From assembly GCA_965552055.1 (NCBI GenBank), contig CBEVQO010000004.1, positions 96,001 through 160,000 of the forward strand: a stretch of DNA of 64,000 nucleotides. Direction: 5' to 3'. Both the position numbers and the translations under genes were made by a program. The notes under the pieces are model-generated. The model made no database searches. It saw nothing but the letters and a program-made list of their open reading frames with translations, and had not been told where the DNA came from. Origin of the DNA: an uncultured bacterium (lineage in GTDB: Bacteria; Hydrothermota; UBA3073; NMUJ01; CBEVQO01). Of this stretch, positions 9,196-18,300 are shown piece by piece (position 1 is the first letter of the stretch; each line of letters starts with the position of its first letter).

Positions 9196-10920
9196 TCAGT
9201 ATTCAGGATAGGATGGTGCAGGCGCTTCTTTTTTCTCTTTCTCGGGCTTCTCCGCTACCATTGTATCGGTTGTGATGAGCAATGTAGCGACACTTACTGC
9301 GTTTTCAAGAGCTGTTCTGCAAACTTTCGTTGGGTCAATAATTCCCCTCTCCACAAGGTCACAGAATTCTTCTCTTAAAGCATCGAAGCCAAAGTTTGGA
9401 TTATCCGATTCTTTTATCTTTTGCACCACAACAGATGGCTCCCATCCTGCATTTGCTGCAATCTGACGAGCAGGTTCCTCAAGGGCACGCTTCAATATTT
9501 CAACTCCTATCTGCTGTTCGCCTTCGAGTTTTAAATTCTGAAGCGCAGGAATGCATCTAATAAATGCAACGCCTCCACCTGGCACAATTCCTTCCTCAAC
9601 TGCAGCTTTCGTAGCATGCAGAGCATCTTCAATTCTTGCTTTCCTCTCTTTCATATCGGGCTCTGTTGGTGCACCAGCAGATATAACAGCTACTCCTCCT
9701 GCAAGACGAGCAAGACGCTCTTCTAATTTTTCTCTATCATAATCAGAAGTGGTTGTCTTAATCTGTTCCCTAATTTGATTCATCCTTGCCTGAATCTTTG
9801 ATTTCTCACCTTTACCACCGATTATCGTTGTGTTATCTTTATCGACTTTTACTTTATCAGCCCTTCCGAGGTCGGACATCTTGGCATTTTCGAGTTTCAT
9901 TCCTTTTTCTTCAGATATTACTATTCCTCCTGTAAGTATCGCTATATCTTCGAGCATTGCTTTTCTTCTTTCGCCGTAGCCAGGTGCTTTAACAGCGCAG
10001 CATGGCAGAGTGCCTCTTATTTTGTTAACAACGAGTGTAGCAAGTGCTTCACCTTCGACATCTTCGGCAATTATAAGTAAGGGCTTTCTTGTTTGTGCTA
10101 CCTGTTGCAAAATAGGAAGAATATCCTGCACAGCACTTATTTTCTTGTCAAATATCAAAATATAAGGTTCTTCAAGTACAACTTCCATCTTTTCAGGGTC
10201 GGTTACAAAATAAGGAGAAATATATCCTCTATCGAATTGCATACCTTCTACTGTTTTTAGTTCGAGTTTCGTTCCTTTGCCTTCTTCCACGGTTATTACG
10301 CCCTCTTTCCCTACTTTATCCATTGCGAAAGCAATTGTATATCCGATTGCAGCATCGTTATTAGCGGAAATTGTCCCAACTTTTGCAATTTTACTCAATT
10401 CAGGAGGTAATTTTTTATCTTTCCATTCTTTTTGCACTTCATCCGGCAGTTCATCGAGTATATCTTTTGGCACTGTTTCTTCTGTCCTCTTTGAAAACTC
10501 TTTTTCTGCCTTCTCTGACAATTTCTTTAATTCTTCAATTACCACATTGCAAGCTTTTTCGAGTCCCTTTCTTATTTCCATAGGATTTACACCCGATGCG
10601 ATATACTTTAAAGATTCATTGAAGATTACTTGAGTTAATACGGTAGCAGTTGTTGTTCCATCACCTGCGACATCGGATGTTTTTGATGCTACTTCTCTAA
10701 CGAGTTGTGCTCCCATATTTTCAAATTTGTCTTCAAGTTCGATTTCTTTAGCAACGGTTACACCATCTTTTGTAGATGTAGGTGCTCCAAATTTTCTTTC
10801 TAAAAGAGCATTCCTTCCCTGGGGTCCCAAAGTTACTTTCACTGCATTTGCAAGAATATCAACTCCCTTTTTAATTTTTTGACGAACTTCCTCAGAAAAG
10901 ATGATTTCCTTAGCCGCCAT
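9196..10920 (-). CDS. groL: Chaperonin GroEL (with ~34-aa insertion)
   Basis: [47 protein letters not shown]. Confidence 0.98.
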   Translation of the reverse strand: MAAKEIIFSEEVRQKIKKGVDILANAVKVTLGPQGRNALLERKFGAPTSTKDGVTVAKEIELEDKFENMGAQLVREVASKTSDVAGDGTTTATVLTQVIFNESLKYIASGVNPMEIRKGLEKACNVVIEELKKLSEKAEKEFSKRTEETVPKDILDELPDEVQKEWKDKKLPPELSKIAKVGTISANNDAAIGYTIAFAMDKVGKEGVITVEEGKGTKLELKTVEGMQFDRGYISPYFVTDPEKMEVVLEEPYILIFDKKISAVQDILPILQQVAQTRKPLLIIAEDVEGEALATLVVNKIRGTLPCCAVKAPGYGERRKAMLEDIAILTGGIVISEEKGMKLENAKMSDLGRADKVKVDKDNTTIIGGKGEKSKIQARMNQIREQIKTTTSDYDREKLEERLARLAGGVAVISAGAPTEPDMKERKARIEDALHATKAAVEEGIVPGGGVAFIRCIPALQNLKLEGEQQIGVEILKRALEEPARQIAANAGWEPSVVVQKIKESDNPNFGFDALREEFCDLVERGIIDPTKVCRTALENAVSVATLLITTDTMVAEKPEKEKKEAPAPSYPEY

Positions 10921-10933
10921 TTCCCCCTCCTTT

Positions 10934-11221
10934 TTACTCTATGATTGCCAAAATATCATCCTGACTCATTATTAAATATTTTTCGCCATCAATTTCAATT
11001 TCGGTTCCAGCGTATTTGCTGAACAAAACTTTTTGACCCGGCTTTACATCCATGGGGATTCTATTCCCCTTTTCATCCCTTTTGCCGGGTCCCACTTCTA
11101 TTACTTCCCCCTGTTGGGGCTTTTCTTTTGCAGTATCAGGTATAATTATACCTCCCTTTACAACCTCCTCAGGTTCAATTCTTTTTATTAACACCCTATC
11201 ACCCAGTGGTTTTACTTTCAT
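10934..11221 (-). CDS. groS: Co-chaperonin GroES
   Basis: [38 protein letters not shown] 11221 preceded by AAGGAGGGG SD. Confidence 0.98.
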   Translation of the reverse strand: MKVKPLGDRVLIKRIEPEEVVKGGIIIPDTAKEKPQQGEVIEVGPGKRDEKGNRIPMDVKPGQKVLFSKYAGTEIEIDGEKYLIMSQDDILAIIE

Positions 11222-11239
11222 TTTCCCCTCCTTTTTAAA

Positions 11240-11312
11240 TGGGCGGAAGTGGATTTGAACCACTGACCTCCTGCTTGTAAAGCAGGCGCTCTAACCGCTG
11301 AGCTATCCGCCC
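11240..11312 (-). tRNA. tRNA-Val(TAC), no encoded CCA
   Basis: GGGCGGA acceptor/TCCGCCC-A, anticodon arm CCTGC-TTTACAA-GCAGG, T-loop GGTTCAAATCC; followed by TTT. Confidence 0.95.
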
Positions 11313-11323
11313 TCACAGGTAAT

Positions 11324-11350
11324 ATTATATTCAAAAATTCAGTTTGTCAA
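11324..11350 (-). promoter_or_regulatory. Promoter of tRNA-Val/groESL unit (TTGACA-N15-TATAAT)
   Basis: Minus strand TTGACA (11350-11345), TATAAT (11329-11324), 11 nt before tRNA 5' end. Confidence 0.75.
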
Positions 11351-11409
11351 GTCAAAAATTTTAGCTTGACAATCCCGTATTTTGAAGATTTTAATGTAAG
11401 GAGGGGATT

Positions 11410-12348
11410 ATGGTTGAAGTAATTGAGCGTCAAACAGGCAACCTTGTCCTGTGGCTCGGTTTTGATAAAGAAAATGGTACTTATGGCGTTATTTTCAGTG
11501 GAACAATGGATACCACTCCGGTAGAAGAGATAAAACCTGTTCTCCAGCAGAAATGTTTCTCAGGGCAATACAACTATATCGTGGATACAGAAGGCGTAAG
11601 CTATGTGAGCTCAACTGGACTGAGGATTCTGACTCTGTTTCACCAGCATCGAAAACTCTTTGCGTTATTCTCAAAATTGAACGATTACATACGGAAACCC
11701 TTTACATTGCTCGGAATAGATAAATTCCTTCAATTCTATTCAAATATAGATGAATTAAAAGGAAAACAGGGCATATCCGATGAACTCCTCCTGCAGATGA
11801 AGAATCAAAAAAGCAAAGTAATATTTGGTGTAAGGGCATCGGAAAGGTGGATTAAAATATTACAGGATTATGTTGGTAAAGCAGAAGCAGTAAAATATGT
11901 TCGCGAATTGACGCCATTTATTATGAAAGTAGATAAAGAAACAGAAATTACTTTACCAAGTGAAGAAAAATATTCAGCAGTGCTCTATAAATTCTTTGAA
12001 AAAGCTATAAGAAAAGAAGCAAAAATCCCTGCAACAGTGCTTTCAGATGACGAGATAGAATTAGCTGCAAGGGAGATTATGACAAATGCAGTTAAGCACG
12101 GATATAATTATAAAAAAGATGGAATCATTGAAGCATCTTATAAAATTACATCAAAAGAATTAATTTTAGAGGTTACAGACTATGGTGTTGGTATGCGTCC
12201 TGAGGCAAAAGTTCTGAGCAAAGGAAAGGGTATTCCTCTTTTAAGGAGAATGTTCGATGCGGTTCTTTTTGATAAGCCACAGGGTCCTCCGAAAAGGGGT
12301 CAGGCACTGGGTACGGGCACAAGGGTTCAGCTCATAAAATACCTGTAA
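11410..12348 (+). CDS. STAS (anti-anti-sigma) domain fused to RsbW/SpoIIAB-like HATPase anti-sigma kinase domain
   Basis: IVDTEGVSYVSSTGLRIL (STAS phospho-Ser region), EIELAAREIMTNAVKHG (N box), VTDYGVG (G1), GKGIPLLRRMFD (G2). Confidence 0.75.
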   Translation: MVEVIERQTGNLVLWLGFDKENGTYGVIFSGTMDTTPVEEIKPVLQQKCFSGQYNYIVDTEGVSYVSSTGLRILTLFHQHRKLFALFSKLNDYIRKPFTLLGIDKFLQFYSNIDELKGKQGISDELLLQMKNQKSKVIFGVRASERWIKILQDYVGKAEAVKYVRELTPFIMKVDKETEITLPSEEKYSAVLYKFFEKAIRKEAKIPATVLSDDEIELAAREIMTNAVKHGYNYKKDGIIEASYKITSKELILEVTDYGVGMRPEAKVLSKGKGIPLLRRMFDAVLFDKPQGPPKRGQALGTGTRVQLIKYL

Positions 12349-12959
12349 TGGCATTTATTTACATTATCCTTCATATTATTATACTCCTCTATTCTATTAT
12401 TTTGCACGAAGTTGCTCATGCCTATGCTGCCGAAAGATGCGGAGATTTTACACCAAGAGAGATGGGAAGGTTAACTTTGAACCCGCTTCCTCACATTGAC
12501 CTTTTTGGCACAATTATTTTGCCTCTATTTTTGTTGCTCATAAGAGCCCCTGTCCTTATTGGCTGGGCAAAACCCGTTCCAATAAATCCATATAACTTTC
12601 GTAATTTTAGAAGAGATTTGATGATTGTGGGAGCTGCAGGACCCCTTACAAATATAGCACTTGCTTTATTTTTTGCCTTACTTTATCATACCATTGGTTA
12701 TGGCTATTTTTTGCGTAATATTTTTGCATACGGCACTGCCTTAAATTTTTTGCTTGCATTTTTTAATTTGATACCAATTCCGCCACTCGATGGCTCTCGC
12801 ATTTTACAAAACTTTTTACCGATAGAAGCAAGGGAACATTATATGATGATGGAAAGATTCGGTTTTCTTATAATCTATTTTATACTATTGCTCGGTGGAT
12901 TCAGGTTATTGTGGGCTCTTACAGGTATTATTTTGCGTGCCCTTCACATTTACTTTTGA
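12348..12959 (+). CDS. Site-2 protease (peptidase M50) family protein
   Basis: [37 protein letters not shown]. Confidence 0.93.
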   Translation: MAFIYIILHIIILLYSIILHEVAHAYAAERCGDFTPREMGRLTLNPLPHIDLFGTIILPLFLLLIRAPVLIGWAKPVPINPYNFRNFRRDLMIVGAAGPLTNIALALFFALLYHTIGYGYFLRNIFAYGTALNFLLAFFNLIPIPPLDGSRILQNFLPIEAREHYMMMERFGFLIIYFILLLGGFRLLWALTGIILRALHIYF

Positions 12960-14030
12960 ATTCTCCAATTTATATTTTACAAGATATGCTCTTATGAATT
13001 CGTCAATCTCTCCATCCATTACTGCCTGGACATCTGATGTTTCGTATTTTGTCCTGTGGTCTTTCACGAGTTTATATGGATGAAAAACATAAGACCTTAT
13101 TTCATGTGACCAGCCGATTTCTGTCTTTTCACCTATTTTTTGTTTTAAATATTCTTCCTTTTCTTTTTTCAATTTTTGATAAAGTTTTGCTTTAAGTAGT
13201 TTTAAGGCATTCATTTTATTCTGGTATTGAGACCTTTCCGATTGACATCTTACTGTTATACCTGTTGGTTTATGCACTATTCTAACTGCAGTTTCTAATT
13301 TATTTACATTTTGACCGCCTGGTCCACTTGCCCTGCATGTTTGTATTTCTATATCTTCTGGTTTTATTTCGATTTTCGGGTCTTCGATTACCGGCATTAC
13401 AAAGCAAGCGGCAAAAGATGTGTGACGCCTGTGATTAGCATCAAAGGGCGATATTCTTACAAGGCGATGCACACCGGCTTCTGCTTTTAAATATCCATAG
13501 GCATATCTGCCCTTTACTTCGATAACAGCATCTTTGATGCCTGCAACTTCTCCGGGTTCATAACTCAAAATCTCTGTTTTAAAACCTTTTTTCTCGCACC
13601 ATCTCATATACATGCGGAAAAGCATGAGTGCCCAATCGCACGACTCCGTGCCACCAGCACCCGGATGAATCTGTAAAATGGCATCCCTTTTATCGTCTTC
13701 TTCATCAAGCAATAACTCAATTTCCAGATTTTTGACTTCCGATAATAATTTTTGGGCTTCCCTTTCCAACTCCTTTATATCATCTCCATCCGATATTTTC
13801 CAAAGTTCTTCAAGGTCGTAAAGGTCATTGTTATATTTTTCAACACGCTCAAGCAATGATTTTTTCGATTGTAATTCAATTGATAATTCCTTTGCAAGAT
13901 TTGGGTTCGACCAGATATCTTCTTTTGATAATCTATGTGTTATTTCATCAATTTCTTTTTTTAGTTTTTCTCTATCAACGAGTTTATTTATCAATTCAAG
14001 TTCTACCTGTATTTCTTTCAGCAAATTCAT
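12906..14030 (-). CDS. prfB: Peptide chain release factor 2 (continuous frame, no +1 frameshift)
   Basis: [22 protein letters not shown] (SPF), [10 protein letters not shown]; likely start ATG 14030. Confidence 0.95.
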   Translation of the reverse strand: MNLLKEIQVELELINKLVDREKLKKEIDEITHRLSKEDIWSNPNLAKELSIELQSKKSLLERVEKYNNDLYDLEELWKISDGDDIKELEREAQKLLSEVKNLEIELLLDEEDDKRDAILQIHPGAGGTESCDWALMLFRMYMRWCEKKGFKTEILSYEPGEVAGIKDAVIEVKGRYAYGYLKAEAGVHRLVRISPFDANHRRHTSFAACFVMPVIEDPKIEIKPEDIEIQTCRASGPGGQNVNKLETAVRIVHKPTGITVRCQSERSQYQNKMNALKLLKAKLYQKLKKEKEEYLKQKIGEKTEIGWSHEIRSYVFHPYKLVKDHRTKYETSDVQAVMDGEIDEFIRAYLVKYKLENSKVNVKGTQNNTCKSPQ

Positions 14031-14099
14031 CTCATAATAATATAATCTGTAAATGGATTTTGTCAAGTTTAAGAGTTCTTTTCTTAAAATTTTTAATGT

Positions 14100-14344
14100 G
14101 AGTAAGCGAGCAAGGCATTGCCTTGACCACGCTGTGGCTTTCTAAGACGCTTTGTTAATAATTTTTAATGCGAGGCGTAGCCGAGCTCATTACCAAACAT
14201 GGGTTGATATGTCAGCCCGTTACGGTGTTGTGGGTTACTCTGGTGTTTTACGCTTTATCTTCTGATTGCGTTTCAAGAAGGGTAAGGAGTGGGCTGACTT
14301 AATCGGGAAGGTGGGGACTGGGAGGTGGGGCTAAAAATTATTAA
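14100..14344. repeat. GC-richer intergenic element with palindromes and 13-bp inverted repeat (REP/MITE-like)
   Basis: CAAGGCA-T-TGCCTTG palindrome (14111-14125); TTAATAATTTTTA 14155-14167 vs TAAAAATTATTAA 14332-14344; GTCAGCCC/GGGCTGAC internal IR. Confidence 0.5.
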
Positions 14345-14363
14345 AATATGCCGAAAATAAAAT

Positions 14364-15323
14364 GTGAGAAAGATTTCTATAATCTTAATATTTTTTGCTT
14401 GTAAAAAAGCACCTCAAATAATTTCTTCAGATTTTAAAAAGTTTTGTGAACCTGAAAGTTTAAAAGTTTTATCACACATTTATACTCCTGAATGGTCAAA
14501 AAATGTTTTTGTTTCTGGCAATTGTGCTTATGTATCTGGCACAAATTCCGGTGTTTTGATTTATGATATTTCCGACCCTCAGAATCCTTCACTTTTATCT
14601 ATTTATGATACGGTTTTATGTGTTCTCGATGTTTTTGTAAGTGATTCTTTTTTGTTTGCCGCAGATTGTGATAGCGGGATTTTTGTTTTGAATGTTAAAA
14701 ATCCATCAAATCCACGATTTATAACAAGGTTTAGCGGTGTGAATGCACTTGGACTTTTCGTTAAAGGAGATTTTGTTTATGTTGCATCGGGTGGCGATGG
14801 TCTTTATGTATTTCAATTTACAGGTGATAGTTTGATTTTAAGGGGTCATTGTGATACCCGTGGCTTATCGTGGGATGTTTATGTTTACAGTTGCTATGCC
14901 TTTATTGCAGATGACGATTATATAAGTGTTTGCGATGTTAGTTTGCCGGAATCTCCTGCATTACTTTGTGATTATAAAGCAAAGGATTATGTTTACGATG
15001 TTTTTTATGATGGTAAATATTTGTATTGTGCTATGTCATCCGCTGGCATCGGTGTTTTTTCTTTTTGCAGTGATGAGTTGAAAGAAGTTACTTTTTATGA
15101 TACAGAAGGTTCTTGCAGGTCATTATCTTTTTGTGCCTGTTATTTAGGTATTGCTGATTATACGGGTGGATTTAAGTTATTTGATACCCGCTTTTTACCC
15201 GATACACTTATACTTATTTCTTCTTTTCTTGAGAGAGACCCGGTTTGGGGAGTTTATCTAAAATGTGATTATATTTATTTAACGAGTTCGACGACAGGTT
15301 TTTGGATTTTGAGCAAAAATTAG
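14364..15323 (+). CDS. LVIVD-repeat beta-propeller lipoprotein
   Basis: Lipobox-like IFFAC; repeats VFVSGNCAYV..GVLIYDISDPQNP. Confidence 0.85.
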   Translation: MRKISIILIFFACKKAPQIISSDFKKFCEPESLKVLSHIYTPEWSKNVFVSGNCAYVSGTNSGVLIYDISDPQNPSLLSIYDTVLCVLDVFVSDSFLFAADCDSGIFVLNVKNPSNPRFITRFSGVNALGLFVKGDFVYVASGGDGLYVFQFTGDSLILRGHCDTRGLSWDVYVYSCYAFIADDDYISVCDVSLPESPALLCDYKAKDYVYDVFYDGKYLYCAMSSAGIGVFSFCSDELKEVTFYDTEGSCRSLSFCACYLGIADYTGGFKLFDTRFLPDTLILISSFLERDPVWGVYLKCDYIYLTSSTTGFWILSKN

Positions 15324-15324
15324 T

Positions 15325-18300
15325 TTATTTTATTTTTATCATCTTCCTTGTGAATATTTTATTATCCGTTTTCATTCTGCAAAAGTATATTCCTGCTGGT
15401 AGTTTTTCTGCATTAAAGTTTATTTTGTAAATGCCCGCTGGTAATACTCCTTCTTTCAATGTCTTTATGCATCTTCCTGTCACATCATAAATCTTTACTG
15501 ATACGAATTTTTTATTTGTAAGACCGAATTTTATCAATGTTGAATGCACAAAAGGATTTGGCTCTTGTTTCAGGAAATCTCTTTTCACTGCTTTTGCTAT
15601 GTCTCCAACCGGTCCTGATGGCGGGAAATCGCCTTTTGTCACTCCGACATCGAAAATAATGTGGTCGTTGAATACCAGTTCGGCTTTCGATTGCGTAGTA
15701 TGAATCTCCAATCTCAGTACCACTCTTCTGTTCATTGGACATTTAGAACCTATTTTGATTTTAACTCTGTCTTTTGAAATAACTTCTGTATCGCCCGGTA
15801 TTGTGCCGAATCCGCAGCTATCATCTATAACGCTGATATTACTATCTTCGGAGTAGATTTTTGCCCATACATTTTGTGCATTTGCGTTACCGCTATTTCT
15901 GACTCTTATATCGAGCTCTACTTCCTCACCTGGTTCGGGAGTTGTATCACCGTCTTCATCAACAAACGAGTTACCTGTGTAGAGTAGTATCACAGTATCG
16001 GGCAGCGATGAATATCCTGCGATGAAGTAATACCATGCTGAATTTTTTGCCCATTTAAGCCATCTGTAATCGAAGTCGTCTTCCCATGAGCCAGATAGGT
16101 CGCTTCCGTCATCCGGGCAGTTTATCATCATACCATAGGTTACGCCATTGAGGTCTGAGTTGCACCATGTTGTGCAAAGTGGCATGCCTTCCTGATAGGG
16201 AGGATATCCAAAGTGCTTCAAAATTGAATCACACGCTTCATTTATTCCCTCGGATATATTTTGTGCTTTTAAATCGTTAGCCAACCTTCTTATATCTACA
16301 TAATGATTATAAGGAGACCAGCTTTCAATTAATCCCTGTAAATTTGAAACGACATTTTTGATTGCTGAATTTGTCATTCCTCCTTCTTTAAGGCACTCTA
16401 CTGCGAGTTTATCGACATCCCAGCATAATCTCTGGAAAGAGTGCCCGAGGTCCCAGGCATTGAGATTGCAGCTCGAACTCGAGCTGTAATAATCGCTGTA
16501 GGCATCTACAACTTTATTTGCAAGTTCTTTTGGACTCATATCGGGATTATTCTTTAACTCCTTGAGGAAATGGTAGCACCAGCCTTCACCGGGTTCTGGA
16601 GGTTCAGAGCCAACAAAGTAATCTACAAATTCTTTTATTTCATAGGCATTTTCGAGCATACACATTAAGCATTCATCGAATCCGAAAACATCTATGTTTC
16701 TTCCAATATAATTTTTCATTTTCCGCAATAGATTATGGAGTTCACCGTTTGATACTCCTAACATTGAGCCAGCTCCATCGTCCCATCCTGCACCCTTTAA
16801 TCCGGCTCTTTTCTGCCAGCCACTACCGTGGTCCCATATCACGAACATGTAATGCTGAGCTGGATAATTGTCCACGCACCATTTAAAGAAATCAAAAATC
16901 TCAGTGGTATCTGCCATGTCTATTTCACCGAGTTGCACTTCGGGGTATGCATCTATTTTGTTATTAGCCGATGGGCTATATTTTATGTAATATCTGTTTG
17001 CATCTGTCCTGCTACCCGATGAATCGTTATAAGGATAGGACGAACTACCATCTATTTGCACAAGTATATTCATCTGGTTTGTTGAGCCAGCGCTTTCCAT
17101 TTCGTCAACATCATTATCACCGAGGTCACCAAGATTATTATCTCCGATGATGTAGACCATTACCGTCCACTTCTTACCACCCACTATTACATTTATTGCT
17201 TCTGTTTTTTCGTAGCCCGTTGTATCTTTTATATGTAATGTAAAGGTTAGCTCTTCTCCATTTGTTGCACTATCAAGCACATTAAAGAGGAATGTCTTAC
17301 TTACTTCGTCATTATAATCCATATCTCCATAATTTTGTTTCACAGGCGGTATTAATTCTGCATGTGGCTCTGATTCGGAGAGCGAACAACTAACGCAATA
17401 AGCAAATCCTCCTTTATTTTTCAGAGTTATTATTAATTCAACACTATCTTCGCCAACATCTGCAATGCCATCGCCTCCAATTTTAGAACTACTGCAATAA
17501 ATATCGGGTGGCTTCACCTTTAAAGTATCTTTTTTCTCATCATTGTTAGAGAATTCGTCACCTGTGAGTAATGTTCTTGCTATAACGAGATGATTTCCTG
17601 TGGTATCGGGTGTGTAAAGGAATTCTATTATTGTATCATGGTATGATACTAAATAGATATTTTCTGTCGTATCGCAATATGTTGTTTCTCCTGATGGTTC
17701 TACTACCATTTTCACAAGTGAGAATGTTTCATCATTTTCTCCATAGTTCACTGCCTTTATTTTTATCGTATCTGTTTGATATTTTCCACAAATTTCCGGT
17801 GAGAAATATATTTTTGCTACTCCAACATCGTGTTCGAATCTTTCACCTGCTCTTATTTCTATATCGTCGAGATTAAATCCGTATGCAGAGTATGATTTGT
17901 CTGTTTGATATCTCCATCTTACTTTTACTTCGCTACCGCAGTAATTCTGGAATACAAGGGTTTCGGCATACCATGTTGATGAGTGCTCAATTTTCAATAT
18001 TTTCCATAATGTCCATGTAGCACCATTATCCTGTGATATTTCAACGAGAGTAGAATCGTGACCAATATCTTTGCCTTTTGAATCTGCTTCTTTCCACCAG
18101 AATATTAATGTATCGTTGTATCCTGCATTTATCGTTGGTGTTACAAGTATTCCTTCGCCTTCTGATACATTATAATCTATATGTGCATAATAATTGCCAG
18201 AATGAGGTGCAGATGTGTATCTTTCCCAGTTTCTATAAACATCTTCCCAGCATACACAGGGAGGGAATGAGTCTTCTTCAAATCCTGTATAATAAGGTGG

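Noticed and set aside
9118..11312. tRNA-targeted genomic island
   Set aside because: No integrase or duplicated tRNA 3' end; enclosed genes are core chaperonins
11222..11409. CIRCE/HrcA operator upstream of groESL
   Set aside because: No TTAGCACTC-N9-GAGTGCTAA seen
14155..14344. 6S RNA
   Set aside because: Length fits but the arms between the outer and inner inverted repeats do not pair into the long 6S rod
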